A DNA stretch of 64,000 nt, from contig JBKAGE010000042.1 in the NCBI GenBank assembly GCA_046290225.1, forward strand, positions 43,299-107,298. Direction: 5' to 3'. The position numbers and the translations under genes were made by a program. This document shows, piece after piece, positions 1 to 12,355 of the stretch (within the stretch, counting starts at the first letter, position 1; the number at the start of each line of letters is the position of its first letter). The notes below the pieces were generated by a model. That model was not told the origin of the DNA and searched no databases. It was given only the letters and a program-made list of their open reading frames with translations. The DNA is from Bradymonadia bacterium (lineage in GTDB: Bacteria > Myxococcota_A > Bradymonadia > UBA7976 > UBA1532).

Positions 1-11
1 GTAAGGCGCTC

Positions 12-929
12 TCAGTAAGGGCTAGGGGCAAAGCGCTGAGCGGGGAACGGTGAGGGCTGGCCGGAGTAGTGCGGGTAGACCTGGATCCCCCGGCTGGAGA
101 GGCCCTCGGCGTCATCATAGTAGATGCCGAGGATCTTGGCGGGGCGGCTCTTCCGGGCCCGCTTGAACTCCACCTCTACGACAGGGCTGTACTGGCTCTC
201 GCCGTAGCGGGTGCCGATGTTGTTCCGGCTGGCGCCACCGTAGCCGCTGGCGGCACCGCTCCGGCGACTCTTCCGACGGGGCGTAGCCGTGGCGACGTCA
301 CCCATGGTGGCGTCCATGGCAGGTGCAGGCGCAGCCTCGGCAGCAGGGGCATCGTTATCCGCGAGGCCACCGACAGGGGCCTTCTGCTCTTCGCCCCGGA
401 AGCCCCACCACGGGCGAGGAGAGGGCGGAGGCGCCACCTTGCCCAGGGGCATCCGGCGGGGACGCCTCTTCTTCTCGGGGAACACGGCGACGCCGATGAC
501 GCCCACGTGCTGAGGGGTGCCTCGCCGGCCGGAGTAGCTGTCGCCGGGGGAGGTGAACCGGAAGGCGGCCACATCGCTCAGGCTGCGCCGGAAGCCCTCG
601 ATGACGATGCTGTCGTGGGGATCGATGAGGTAGCCCCGCTGGCGCTTGAAGTCACCGAGGTCGCCGCTGATGGCGTCACGGCCATCGACGGTGACCACGG
701 CCTCGATCCGCCGACCCGTGTGGTTGGTCACCCGCACATTGTACCGATCACCGTGGGCGCCGAGCACATAGGTCGAGCCGTTGTGATAGTAGGTCGGCAG
801 CGCACCACCATAAGGCCGCTCCAAGGTCACGCTGTAACCGTTGGCAGAGGCAGGCAGGCTGTTGGCGGAAGCGGTGGAGGCCATCAAGGCCGCCGCGGCG
901 AACATCAGCAGAGCGAGGGTGGGACGCAT
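12..929 (-). CDS. Secreted hypothetical protein
   Basis: 305-aa ORF with N-terminal signal peptide and GC3-rich codons. Confidence 0.75.
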   Translation of the reverse strand: MRPTLALLMFAAAALMASTASANSLPASANGYSVTLERPYGGALPTYYHNGSTYVLGAHGDRYNVRVTNHTGRRIEAVVTVDGRDAISGDLGDFKRQRGYLIDPHDSIVIEGFRRSLSDVAAFRFTSPGDSYSGRRGTPQHVGVIGVAVFPEKKRRPRRMPLGKVAPPPSPRPWWGFRGEEQKAPVGGLADNDAPAAEAAPAPAMDATMGDVATATPRRKSRRSGAASGYGGASRNNIGTRYGESQYSPVVEVEFKRARKSRPAKILGIYYDDAEGLSSRGIQVYPHYSGQPSPFPAQRFAPSPY

Positions 930-1023
930 GGGGCTTCTCCGTGTGGGCGACAGAGCGTGTTACGACCCCTATTCACGATGGATCTAAAAAAAGTGGATTT
1001 CTGATCCAATCAACAGCCTGGCC

Positions 1024-2553
1024 TCAGCCCAGAGTGAATTTGATCCCCTGAGCCAGCGGCAGATCGGTGCTGTAGTTGATGGTGTTGGTCTGGCGCCGCA
1101 TGTACGCTTTCCAGGCGTCCGAGCCCGCCTCACGGCCTCCGCCTGTCTCTTTCTCACCACCAAAAGCGCCGCCGATCTCCGCCCCTGAGGTGCCGATGTT
1201 CACGTTGGCGATGCCGCAGTCGCTGCCCTGAGCAGAGAGGAACCGCTCTGCGCGACGGAGATCAGTGGTGAAGAGCGCCGACGACAAGCCCTGGGGCACG
1301 TTGTTCTGAATGGCGATGGCCTCTTCGGGGGTGTCGAAGGCCATGATGTAGAGGATCGGCGCAAAGGTCTCCTGCTGCACCACGTCCCACTGAGGCTCGG
1401 CTTTGATCAGGGTGGGCTGCACGAAATGCCCCGGCCCGTCGATGACATCGCCGCCATAAAGCACCTCTCCGCCGAGCGCCCTGGCACGGGCCACAGCATC
1501 GCTGAACCGCGCCACAGCGGCGTCGTCGATGAGCGGACCCATCAGCGTGCCCGCCTCCAGCGGATCACCAATGCGCACCTGAGCGTATGCCTTCACCAGC
1601 ACATCGCAGACCTCGTCGAGCCGGCTGCGATGTACGAGCAGGCGCCGAGTGGTGGTGCACCGCTGCCCCGCAGTACCCACAGCGCCAAAGACAGTGGCAG
1701 GGATGGCGAGCGACAGATCAGCGGTCTCGTCGATGATGAGGGCGTTGTTGCCCCCGAGCTCGAGCAGGCTGCGGCCGAGTCGGCCCGCCACCTGAGCGGC
1801 GACGGTCTTCCCCACGGCGGTGGATCCCGTGAACGACAGCAGCTTCACCCGCTCGTCGTGCACCAACCTCTGGCCCATGCTGGCGTCGCTGTCGGTGAGC
1901 AGGAAAAACGCCGGTGGAAATCCACCCTCGGCGAGGGCGTCCTCGACCAGCCGCTGCACGGCGATGGCGGTGAGCGGGGTCTTGGGCGAGGGCTTCCAGA
2001 TGGTCACGTTCCCGCAGATGGCGGCGATGCAGGCGTTCCATGCCCAGACGGCCACGGGGAAGTTGAAGGCGGTGATCACGCCCACGATGCCGAGGGGGTG
2101 CCACTGCTCGTACATGCGGTGCCCCGGGCGCTCGCTGTGCATGGTCTTGCCGTAGAGCATGCGGCTCTGACCCACGGCAAAGTCGGCGATGTCGATCATC
2201 TCCTGCACCTCGCCGAGGCCCTCCTGCTCGATCTTGCCGTTCTCGAGGGCCACGAGACGCCCGAGAGCCAGCTTGTTCTGTCGCAGTGCCTCTCCGATGA
2301 GCCGCACAGCCTCGCCACGCCGTGGGGCGGGCAACGCAGCCCAGGCGACGGCAGCCTCAGAGGCCCGGTCGATGACCTGGTCGTAGTGCCCTGCGGCGCT
2401 GGTCTGCACCTCGGCGATGACCTCACCGGTGGTGGGGCTGGTGCTGGCGAGGCAGGCGCCGCCCTCGGGCTCAGGGCTGCCGAGCCACTCGCCGCCGAGT
2501 GCGGTGCCGGGGTTGAGCGCAGAAAGGTTCAAAGCGGAGAGGACATTGTGCAT
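1024..2553 (-). CDS. Aldehyde dehydrogenase family 7 (piperideine-6-carboxylate/aminoadipate-semialdehyde dehydrogenase-like)
   Basis: [26 protein letters not shown] and ETFAPI motifs; start placed at ATG 2553 after a GGGAG RBS. Confidence 0.9.
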   Translation of the reverse strand: MHNVLSALNLSALNPGTALGGEWLGSPEPEGGACLASTSPTTGEVIAEVQTSAAGHYDQVIDRASEAAVAWAALPAPRRGEAVRLIGEALRQNKLALGRLVALENGKIEQEGLGEVQEMIDIADFAVGQSRMLYGKTMHSERPGHRMYEQWHPLGIVGVITAFNFPVAVWAWNACIAAICGNVTIWKPSPKTPLTAIAVQRLVEDALAEGGFPPAFFLLTDSDASMGQRLVHDERVKLLSFTGSTAVGKTVAAQVAGRLGRSLLELGGNNALIIDETADLSLAIPATVFGAVGTAGQRCTTTRRLLVHRSRLDEVCDVLVKAYAQVRIGDPLEAGTLMGPLIDDAAVARFSDAVARARALGGEVLYGGDVIDGPGHFVQPTLIKAEPQWDVVQQETFAPILYIMAFDTPEEAIAIQNNVPQGLSSALFTTDLRRAERFLSAQGSDCGIANVNIGTSGAEIGGAFGGEKETGGGREAGSDAWKAYMRRQTNTINYSTDLPLAQGIKFTLG

Positions 2554-2641
2554 GGGTGGCTCCCAGTGGGGTGATGCATGGGTCTTACCCACTGAGCCCT
2601 CTTGCTGCCAAGGGCAGATCGCTGCAGAGCCCACGAGGGCA

Positions 2642-3289
2642 TCACTCGCCTGGGGGGAGCCCTTTGATGAAGCCGAGCATCTGCTCGACGGTCTCGCGCC
2701 AGTTCTGCGCCCCGGTGCGCCCAGAAGATTTGCGGGGGACCAGGCTGTGATCTCCGTCTGTGATCCAGGCGATTTTCACCCGCTCGGCGAGGCCATAGCC
2801 GGCGATCTCTTCGGGCTTGCCGAAGGGGTCTCGGGTGCCCTGGCAAATGAAGATGGGTGGGCCGCTGCCACGCTGCAGGCCAACGATGCGATCGCCTGGG
2901 GGCTTGCCTGGGGCGTGGAACGGGAAGCCCAGGGCCATGACCCCGGCGCAGTCCCAGCCGATGTCGGCGATGTGCTGCGCCACCCTCGATCCCATCGACT
3001 TACCCGCGAGCACGAGCCGATCTCTGGGCCCATCACCCACCACCTCGTCGATGACCGACTCGAAGTGCTTGACCAGCTTGGAAAAGCCGTTGGGCGGCCG
3101 CTTTTTGCCGTCGACGCGCCGCTGAGCCATGTACGGGAACTCGAAGCGCACCACCCGCACCCCACCGGCGGCGAGGCCTTCGGCCATGAACTGCATGAAG
3201 GGGGTGTCCATGGGGGCGCCGGCACCATGGGCCAGGATCACCGTCCACACATCAGGGCCTGCTGGTGGCCCATCGTAGATCAACGACAT
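2642..3289 (-). CDS. Alpha/beta hydrolase (KANSL3/Tex30-like)
   Basis: [14 protein letters not shown] nucleophile elbow, QGTRDPFG and GDHSL motifs; ATG overlaps the spoVR stop (TGATG). Confidence 0.85.
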   Translation of the reverse strand: MSLIYDGPPAGPDVWTVILAHGAGAPMDTPFMQFMAEGLAAGGVRVVRFEFPYMAQRRVDGKKRPPNGFSKLVKHFESVIDEVVGDGPRDRLVLAGKSMGSRVAQHIADIGWDCAGVMALGFPFHAPGKPPGDRIVGLQRGSGPPIFICQGTRDPFGKPEEIAGYGLAERVKIAWITDGDHSLVPRKSSGRTGAQNWRETVEQMLGFIKGLPPGE

Positions 3290-6021
3290 CAGATCTTGTC
3301 GAAGGGGCGCTCCGAGGGCTTCTCGCCGTCGAAGCTGAGCAGCACGCCCTTGTCGTTGCGCTGGCTGGCGATGTGCACCGGGCGCTTCCAGACCTTGTAG
3401 ATGTTGGCCAGTGTGTCCCGGGCATAGTTCTCGTCGAGGTCGACCCCCTCGAACCGGTGACGCAGCAGCAGCTCCGATCGGTTCTCGAAGTTGGCGTCGT
3501 ACACCTCGATGAAGGGGTTGCCCATGTTGGTGAGCTGGGTGAGCAGCTTCTGCTTCACCTGCTGGAACTCCCGAGAGGCGATCTGCCACTCGTCGGCTTT
3601 GCGGTTGAAGGCGAAGGTGAACATCTTCTGCTCGGCGCAGAACTCCGGGGTGAGGAACTCGTCGAGGAAGGTGATGTCGTTGTGATGACGGCGCACCTCG
3701 AAGATCTTCTCGAGCCCCTTGCCGGTCTTGCGATCCCAGTTGGCCCGCTCGGCCATGTCATCGCAGTTGTCGTAGTCCCAGCCATACTGGCCCTTGTCCC
3801 ACCGCTCCTCGATGTGACGGAACAGCTCGATGCCCACCTTATAGGGGTTGATGCCCCCGGGCCGCATGGCCATGGTGCCGGCGTGACGATCGGCGAAGTC
3901 GATGACCTCGGAGTCGTCCATGATGTGCTGGGTCATCATCTTGGAGTGCCAGTACGAGTTGTGATTGATGAGGCCCCCAGCGGCATACCGGTGGGTGTCA
4001 GTGACCGAGATGTCATACACATCCTCGCGCCCCTCGGTGAGCGCCACCACCTCATCGAACCAGCGCTCAGCCTTGAACCACTTGCGATCGGAGACATAGG
4101 CCTCAAGGGCTGTCTGCTTGCGCTCCAGGCCGAATCCGATGCGCTCGGCGAAGGTCTTCGCTGAGGCCCCGGTCACGTGCACGTGCCAGCAACCATCTTT
4201 CTGACGGCGGCGGCGATTCAGGATGCCGTAGTTGAGCAGCAGCAGTTGCACCTGCTCGGCCATCTTGTCGCTGACCGTGCTCAAGATGACGCCCTGCTTG
4301 CCAGCGTAGCCGTCACAATCGAAGAGGGCCCGCAAGAACGCCCGCACCACTGGCTCAGGGGAGCGCAGCACGGCGTCGGGCACCTTCTTCTCGTGGGCGC
4401 TGGGGCCTTCGGTCATGCCCAGGCCCTGTGTGAGGAAGTCGGAGACCGTCTCTGCGTGCAACAGCACCCGCCACCGGTTGCCGTCGAGGCGCTGCGTGGG
4501 GGTCACCCCGAAGAGCGACTCGGCGAGTTCAAAGAAGCGCCGCGCTTGGGGCTCGTCCCCTGTCGTCAGGCCCAGGTGGCGCTTGCGGCGGCTGATGTGG
4601 CCGTCGCCGGCGAGGTAGCCCAAGAAGGCCCCGAGAGCCTCGTCGAGTACCCCAGGGATGTACACGCCCCCACGGCGGTTGAGGCTCTTCGCCGAGGCAA
4701 AGGTTTGGGCGGTGTCGTAGGCCTGCAGGGCCGCTTCGATGGAGTGTGCCTTGCGAGTGCTCTTGCCAGCGCGATGACGTAGGACAGTCCAGACCGAGAC
4801 CCCAGCCTCGTCTGCCACGTCGTGCAGTGTCACCGACTCTGGGGGCAGCCAGTCGATCTGCACCGGCTCGGTGGCCCACATATCACCACCACCAGAGATG
4901 GCAATGCGGTCGCCCACCTTCAGCTCGTCGAGGCGCTTCCACGTCTCGTTGTCGTCGAGCAACACACGGTGGTTGTTCGAGCCGCACAGCTCCAGGCCAC
5001 GGCGGGTGGTCACGGTGACCGTGTCGTGATCGGGGATGATGTTGCGATCGTAGACCTGCTGACGCTTCTCGCCGTCAAAGACCTCACCGGCACCGCGCTC
5101 GACGAGGTGGGCCATCTCCACCATGCCCTGATCAGTGAAGACATAGGTGCCCGCGCGCACGCAGGCCCAGCCTTCGTTCATGATCTTGGTCATGCCCTGA
5201 GGCGCGAAGTAGTAGGCCTCTTCCCGAATCATGCCCAGCACGTTGCGCTGCCAGCGGGTGAGGGGGGCGTGCTCCATGAGGAACATCATGATGTCCCGTT
5301 GGGGCTCTTTGGGGAACCGTGGGGGCTGCTCCGCCTCTTTCTTGGCCTTCTCGCGCTGGGCCTTCACATAGTCTTCGGGGTTGATGAAGTCATCCATGTA
5401 CTCCTTGGCTTTCAGCCGGGGCACATCGGGATCACCCACCAGCTCGTCGGGCAGATCAGTGGGGCGCTCCTCTTCGGTTCGGCTCGCCTTACGCTTGATG
5501 TAGGGGGCGTGCAGATCGATGAGGTTCTCGAGGGAGAGGGCCACGTCGATGAACTCTTCGACGTTGGTCTGGCCGAAGTGATCCTGATACCGCCGGATGC
5601 GGGTGGCGTGGTTGGCCATCACGTCGAGCATTTTGCGGTTCGTCTGGCTGAACCAGTAGTTGTTCTTGAAGAAGTCGCCGTGGCCGAAGACGTGGGCCAT
5701 GACCATCTTCTGATCGACGAGCTCGTTGCCTTCGAGCAGGTAGGCGTAGGTCGGATCAGTGTTGATGACCAGCTCGTAGATCTTCGACAGGCCGTACGCA
5801 TACGACTTCGACATGCGCTCGTATTCCATGCCGAAGCGCCAGTGGGGGTACCGCACAGGGAACCCGCCATAGGCAGCGATCTCGTTCATCTTGTCATAGG
5901 TGATCACCTCGAAGATGGTCTCGAAGAAGTCGAGGTTCATCTCTCGGGCGAGGGCTTCGATCTTGCGGTTCCAGACCCGCAGCTCGTCGTCGAGGGGTCG
6001 CACCTTCATGTACTGAATCAT
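3289..6021 (-). CDS. spoVR: SpoVR family protein (intein-containing)
   Basis: [28 protein letters not shown] and [12 protein letters not shown] motifs; lies downstream of prkA-yhbH. Confidence 0.92.
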   Translation of the reverse strand: MIQYMKVRPLDDELRVWNRKIEALAREMNLDFFETIFEVITYDKMNEIAAYGGFPVRYPHWRFGMEYERMSKSYAYGLSKIYELVINTDPTYAYLLEGNELVDQKMVMAHVFGHGDFFKNNYWFSQTNRKMLDVMANHATRIRRYQDHFGQTNVEEFIDVALSLENLIDLHAPYIKRKASRTEEERPTDLPDELVGDPDVPRLKAKEYMDDFINPEDYVKAQREKAKKEAEQPPRFPKEPQRDIMMFLMEHAPLTRWQRNVLGMIREEAYYFAPQGMTKIMNEGWACVRAGTYVFTDQGMVEMAHLVERGAGEVFDGEKRQQVYDRNIIPDHDTVTVTTRRGLELCGSNNHRVLLDDNETWKRLDELKVGDRIAISGGGDMWATEPVQIDWLPPESVTLHDVADEAGVSVWTVLRHRAGKSTRKAHSIEAALQAYDTAQTFASAKSLNRRGGVYIPGVLDEALGAFLGYLAGDGHISRRKRHLGLTTGDEPQARRFFELAESLFGVTPTQRLDGNRWRVLLHAETVSDFLTQGLGMTEGPSAHEKKVPDAVLRSPEPVVRAFLRALFDCDGYAGKQGVILSTVSDKMAEQVQLLLLNYGILNRRRRQKDGCWHVHVTGASAKTFAERIGFGLERKQTALEAYVSDRKWFKAERWFDEVVALTEGREDVYDISVTDTHRYAAGGLINHNSYWHSKMMTQHIMDDSEVIDFADRHAGTMAMRPGGINPYKVGIELFRHIEERWDKGQYGWDYDNCDDMAERANWDRKTGKGLEKIFEVRRHHNDITFLDEFLTPEFCAEQKMFTFAFNRKADEWQIASREFQQVKQKLLTQLTNMGNPFIEVYDANFENRSELLLRHRFEGVDLDENYARDTLANIYKVWKRPVHIASQRNDKGVLLSFDGEKPSERPFDKI
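3958..5163 (-). mobile_element. Intein with LAGLIDADG homing endonuclease (402 aa) inside spoVR
   Basis: Starts with Cys (CVRAGT), ends with His-Asn followed by Ser (INHN|S); LAGLIDADG-like FLGYLAGDG and [10 protein letters not shown]; splits the conserved NEGWAS motif. Confidence 0.93.
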
Positions 6022-7136
6022 CGGCCCGCTCCCAGGAACTCTTTGATCGACCCCACGATGGCGTCTTTGTCTTTGATTTCAGAGACCACGACGTTCTCGT
6101 TGGCGTCGCTGCCCTTGAGGAAGTGCTCGCGGATGTCCTTGATGAACTGGCCCGACCCGTATGGGCTCTCGACCTGGCCATAACTGAACTGATTGGCCAC
6201 AGGGATGATCTCGTCTCGCAGCAGCCGGATGCACAGGCCGGTGTCATCCACGGACCAGTTGTCACCGTCGCTGAAGTGGAACGGGTAGATGTTCCAGTCG
6301 GCGGCGGGGTAGTCGTCTTTGATGATCTGCGCCGCGAGCTTGTAGGCGCTGCTGATCATGGTGCCGCCGGACTCGCGGGTGTGGAAGAACGTATGCTCGT
6401 CGACCTCGCGGGCGGTGGCGTCGTGGATGATGTACCGGGTCTCGAGGCCCTTGTACTGGCTCTGCAGCCACGCGTTGATCCAGAAAGACTCGATGCGCAC
6501 GATCTCTTTCTGCTCGTCGCCCATCGAGCCGGAAACATCCATCATGTAGATGATGACCGCGTTGGCCTCGGGGCTGCTCACCGTGCTCCACGAGCGGTAG
6601 CGCATGTCTTCCTTGATGGGGATGATCATGGGCCGTTTGGGGTCGTAGCGCCCCATGGCGATGGTGCGCTTGAGGGCCGCCTTGTAGGTACGCTTGAAAT
6701 GCCGCAGCGAGTCGGGCCCCACAGGGCGGATGCCGGTGTAGCGATCGCGCTCGGTGACCACCTGTTTGGCGCCCCGGGGCTCGATCTTCGGGAGCTGCAG
6801 CTCTTCACCGAGCAGCTCGGCGAGCTCGTCGAGGGTGACGTCGACCTCGAGGGCCTTGTCGCCTTCGCCCTCGCCGGCCTCGCCCTGCCCCGGCTGCTCC
6901 TCGCCGTCGCCAAGGCTCTGGCCCACTTCGCCATCGCCCTGGCCAACGCCGCCGCCGCCCTGACCCTTGCTCCCGAACTTGAAGCGGGGGGTGTCGATCT
7001 GAGGCACGGGGATCGACACCTTGTCTTTGCCCTGCTTCCCGATCAGCTCTCCCCGGGAGATGTACTTCTTCAGATTCGACCGGATCTTGCCCCGGACGAT
7101 CTGCCTGAACCGGCTGTGATCTGTCTTGATCGACAT
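6018..7136 (-). CDS. DUF444/YhbH (YeaH) family vWA-like protein
   Basis: [13 protein letters not shown] and FHFSDGDNW motifs; located between prkA and spoVR. Confidence 0.9.
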   Translation of the reverse strand: MSIKTDHSRFRQIVRGKIRSNLKKYISRGELIGKQGKDKVSIPVPQIDTPRFKFGSKGQGGGGVGQGDGEVGQSLGDGEEQPGQGEAGEGEGDKALEVDVTLDELAELLGEELQLPKIEPRGAKQVVTERDRYTGIRPVGPDSLRHFKRTYKAALKRTIAMGRYDPKRPMIIPIKEDMRYRSWSTVSSPEANAVIIYMMDVSGSMGDEQKEIVRIESFWINAWLQSQYKGLETRYIIHDATAREVDEHTFFHTRESGGTMISSAYKLAAQIIKDDYPAADWNIYPFHFSDGDNWSVDDTGLCIRLLRDEIIPVANQFSYGQVESPYGSGQFIKDIREHFLKGSDANENVVVSEIKDKDAIVGSIKEFLGAGR

Positions 7137-7207
7137 GAGAATTCCTCAGGTCAGGCCCAGGCGGGCGAGGGGCCCCCTGAGCGGTGGGGAGAGGTGATCG
7201 GGGCAGA

Positions 7208-9256
<2,049 letters not shown>

Positions 9257-9469
9257 CTTTGCTCCTAAGACTTGGGTTTTTCAGCGCCCGTCAAGGTGTT
9301 GACGACAGCCCATGAAGGCACCTTATCCACACGTTGAGACCAACACAATGTCTCGCCGCTTTCATTCTGCCTTCGGAAGGAGAGTCCGAAGGGCTTGACC
9401 TTATCTATGGATGCCGGCCCCCCCAGCTCAGGGCTCAACAGTCCACTTCGAAGGTCGTGATCTGACCTC

Positions 9470-9498
9470 TTGCACGGCCTGCGACGGTTCCCTATAGT
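9470..9498 (+). promoter_or_regulatory. Putative sigma70 promoter of the S1-domain gene
   Basis: TTGCAC-N17-TATAGT about 95 nt upstream of ATG 9592. Confidence 0.55.
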
Positions 9499-9591
9499 GC
9501 GCCGGCTTATTTCCCGGCCTGACGTGTGGTTCAGGCGCACTGGCTGACAGCATTTCTGACCAGCTCAGCCTCCTGACAAGCGGTAGCGATC

Positions 9592-11268
9592 ATGAGCGAG
9601 CGCCCTGAGTCGAACTCTGCCCCCGAAGACAACCAGACCCCCCAGACTGCCGAGCAGCCTGTAGACGGTCAGTCTTCTGATGTGAACCCCACCGTCGAGG
9701 TGTCCGAGGCTGCCCCCGCAGCGGAGGCGCCTGCTGCAGAAGCACCTGCAGCAGAAGCGCCCGCTGAGGAAGCACCTGCCGCCGCCGCACCCCAGGTGCG
9801 TGCAGCGACAGAGGCCGAAGCCCCCGCCGCTGAAGCAGCCCCCGCCCCGGCACACCACCGGGTCACCGAGGCCAGCCTCAACGCCCGCACCCCCAAGGTG
9901 GGCGATTCGGTCCAGGGCCGCATCGTCAAGATCACCGGGAACGTGGCCTTCGTGGACTACGGCGGCAAGAGCGAGGGCTACATCGAGCTCTCCGAGCTGC
10001 GCGACGAAGAGAACAACCTCACCCTGAACGAGGGCGACAACGTCGAGGCCGAGGTCGTCGACGTGCGCGGCGCCGTGCGGCTGAGCCGCAAGCGCATCAT
10101 GGCCAACGCCGGCCGTCACCTCGTGGAAGAGGCCTTCAAGAGCGGCAGCACCGTCACCGGCACCGTCACCGGCACCAACAAGGGCGGTTACGAGGTGCGC
10201 GTGCACGGCATGCGGGCTTTCTGCCCCGCCAGCCAGATCGCCGAGCACTTCGTCAAAGATCAGCTCTCGATGGTCAACAAGGACTTCGAGTTCCTGATCA
10301 CCGACTTCGGCAACGGCGGCCGCAACCTCGTGGTGTCGCGCCGCAAGCTGCTCGAGGCCAGCAAGGCCGCCCGCAAAGAGAAGATCAAGGCCGAGCTGGA
10401 GCACCGCATCAAGGTCGGTGATCACCTGCAGGGCCGCGTCACCGAGATCAAGGATTACGGCGCCTTCGTCGACCTCGGCGGTGGCATCGAGGGCATGATC
10501 CACGTCTCGGAGATCTCCCACGAGCGCGTGGGCCACCCCCGCGAGAAGCTCAACAAGGGCGACGCCGTCGAGGTGAAGGTCATCCGCGTCGAGCCCGCCA
10601 AGGGCCGCGTGGCCCTGAGCATCAAGGCGCTCCAGGGTGACCCTTGGACCACCTTCGCCAAGAGCCTCGAGCTCGGCCAGGCCCTCACCGGCGAGGTCGT
10701 GCGCATGCAGCCCTTCGGCGCTTTCGTGCGCCTCGCCCCCGGCGTCGACGGCCTGCTCCACGTGTCGGCCATCAAGGCCACCGAGCGCGTGGGCCACCCC
10801 AACGAGGTCCTCAAAGAGGGTACGAGCATCGACGTGCAGGTCGAGAAGATCGAGCTCGACAAGAAGCGCATCGGCCTGTGCACCCCCGAGGTGTACGCCG
10901 CCCGTCACACCCCCATCGAGGGGGTCGAGGTCGGCGCCAACATCAAGGGCAAGGTGGTCAAGATCGAGAAGTTCGGTGTGTTCCTCGAGATCAAAGAGGG
11001 CGTCACCGGCCTCATCCCCAACGTGGAGATGGGCACCGATCGCGGCACTGATCACAGCAAGCGCTTCCCCGTGGGCACCGAGATCGAGGTGAAGATCCTC
11101 GAGGTCGACAAATCCCGCAAGCGCATCCGCCTGTCTCGCAAGGCCCTCACCGACGACTCGGAGCGCGGCGCCTACGTCGAGTACAAGAAGGCCCAGAAGA
11201 ACGAGCCCCCCAAGAGCCTCGGCACCTTCGGCGACCTGCTCAAGGCCCACCTTGAGGGCCAGAAGTAA
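9592..11268 (+). CDS. Ribosomal protein S1-like protein (5 S1 domains, AAEAP-repeat N-terminus)
   Basis: Repeated S1 motifs (GAFVDLGGGIEGMIHVSE, GAFVRLAPGVDGLLHVS); C-terminal LGTFGDLL; strong codon bias. Confidence 0.88.
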   Translation: MSERPESNSAPEDNQTPQTAEQPVDGQSSDVNPTVEVSEAAPAAEAPAAEAPAAEAPAEEAPAAAAPQVRAATEAEAPAAEAAPAPAHHRVTEASLNARTPKVGDSVQGRIVKITGNVAFVDYGGKSEGYIELSELRDEENNLTLNEGDNVEAEVVDVRGAVRLSRKRIMANAGRHLVEEAFKSGSTVTGTVTGTNKGGYEVRVHGMRAFCPASQIAEHFVKDQLSMVNKDFEFLITDFGNGGRNLVVSRRKLLEASKAARKEKIKAELEHRIKVGDHLQGRVTEIKDYGAFVDLGGGIEGMIHVSEISHERVGHPREKLNKGDAVEVKVIRVEPAKGRVALSIKALQGDPWTTFAKSLELGQALTGEVVRMQPFGAFVRLAPGVDGLLHVSAIKATERVGHPNEVLKEGTSIDVQVEKIELDKKRIGLCTPEVYAARHTPIEGVEVGANIKGKVVKIEKFGVFLEIKEGVTGLIPNVEMGTDRGTDHSKRFPVGTEIEVKILEVDKSRKRIRLSRKALTDDSERGAYVEYKKAQKNEPPKSLGTFGDLLKAHLEGQK

Positions 11269-11347
11269 GGCGGCCAGTCAGGCTGGCCATCAGGCCACCC
11301 CCTCCCCCACTGGTACCCGGGCCCCGCGCCCGGTACCGTAGCTCTCC

Positions 11348-12355
11348 ATGTACGCTCACCTGCTCACGTTGTGTTGTCTGCTCCTCTGGGGCACCGCCTC
11401 GGGCGCCCCTTCTGATCACATTCAGCGGCGTGAGGCGGTCCTCATGGGCACCCCCTTCCGCATCTCGGTCTCGGGGGCATCCGCCGAGCAGGTCGACGCC
11501 GCGGCCCACGCCGCCTTCAGCGAGATCGCCCGCATCGAACTGTTGATGAGCGAGTGGCGCCCGGACTCGGAGCTCAGCGCCGTCAACGACAGCGCCGGTG
11601 ATCACCCCGTGAAGGTGAGCGCCGAGACCTTCGCCGTGGTGCACGAGGCCGTAAAGCTCGCCGAGATGAGCGGTGGCGCCTTCGATCCCACCTGGGCGGC
11701 GCTGCGCGGGCTCTGGGACTTCCAGACGAAGCCCCCGAAGCTGCCCACGGCCGAGGCCATCGCTGGCCGCTTGAAGCGGGTGGGCTGGCAGAAGGTGAAG
11801 CTCGACGCCAAGGCCTCGACGGTGTTCCTTGCCGAGCCGGGTATGGCCCTGGGCCTCGGTGGCATCGCCAAGGGGTACGCCATCGACCGCGCCGCTGACA
11901 TCATGAAGCGCCACGGGCTCGAGCGGTTCATCGTCGACGGTGGGGGCGATCTGTACGTCTCGGGGGTGAAGCTCTCCGGCCAGCCCTGGACGCTGGGTGT
12001 GCAGAGCCCACGTACTCCGGGCAAGCTCATCGCCACCCTGCCCCTCACCGACGCCGCCATGGTGACCAGCGGGGATTACGAGCGCTTCTTCGTGCTCGAC
12101 GGGGTGCGATATCACCACATCATCGATTTGCGTACGGGACACCCGGCGCAGCTGAGCCAGTCGGTCACGGTGCGGGCGAGCAAGGCCATGATGGCCGACG
12201 CCTTGTCCACGGCCATCTTCGTGCTCGGGCCCGAGGCAGGCATCGCCCTGGCAAAGAAGCTGCCTGGTGTCGAAGCGGCGGTGGTGGGCGCCAATGGTGC
12301 CATCTCCACCACGCCGGCCCTCGCCGAGGCGTTCGATCCGCGGAAACGCCGTTGA
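11348..12355 (+). CDS. apbE: FAD:protein FMN transferase (ApbE family)
   Basis: MGT, GAFDPT, LGGIAKGYA, TSGDYER and YHHIID motifs. Confidence 0.92.
   Translation: MYAHLLTLCCLLLWGTASGAPSDHIQRREAVLMGTPFRISVSGASAEQVDAAAHAAFSEIARIELLMSEWRPDSELSAVNDSAGDHPVKVSAETFAVVHEAVKLAEMSGGAFDPTWAALRGLWDFQTKPPKLPTAEAIAGRLKRVGWQKVKLDAKASTVFLAEPGMALGLGGIAKGYAIDRAADIMKRHGLERFIVDGGGDLYVSGVKLSGQPWTLGVQSPRTPGKLIATLPLTDAAMVTSGDYERFFVLDGVRYHHIIDLRTGHPAQLSQSVTVRASKAMMADALSTAIFVLGPEAGIALAKKLPGVEAAVVGANGAISTTPALAEAFDPRKRR

Noticed and set aside
9323..9331. Perfect DnaA box TTATCCACA (possible origin)
   Set aside because: A single box, with no cluster or dnaA/dnaN context.
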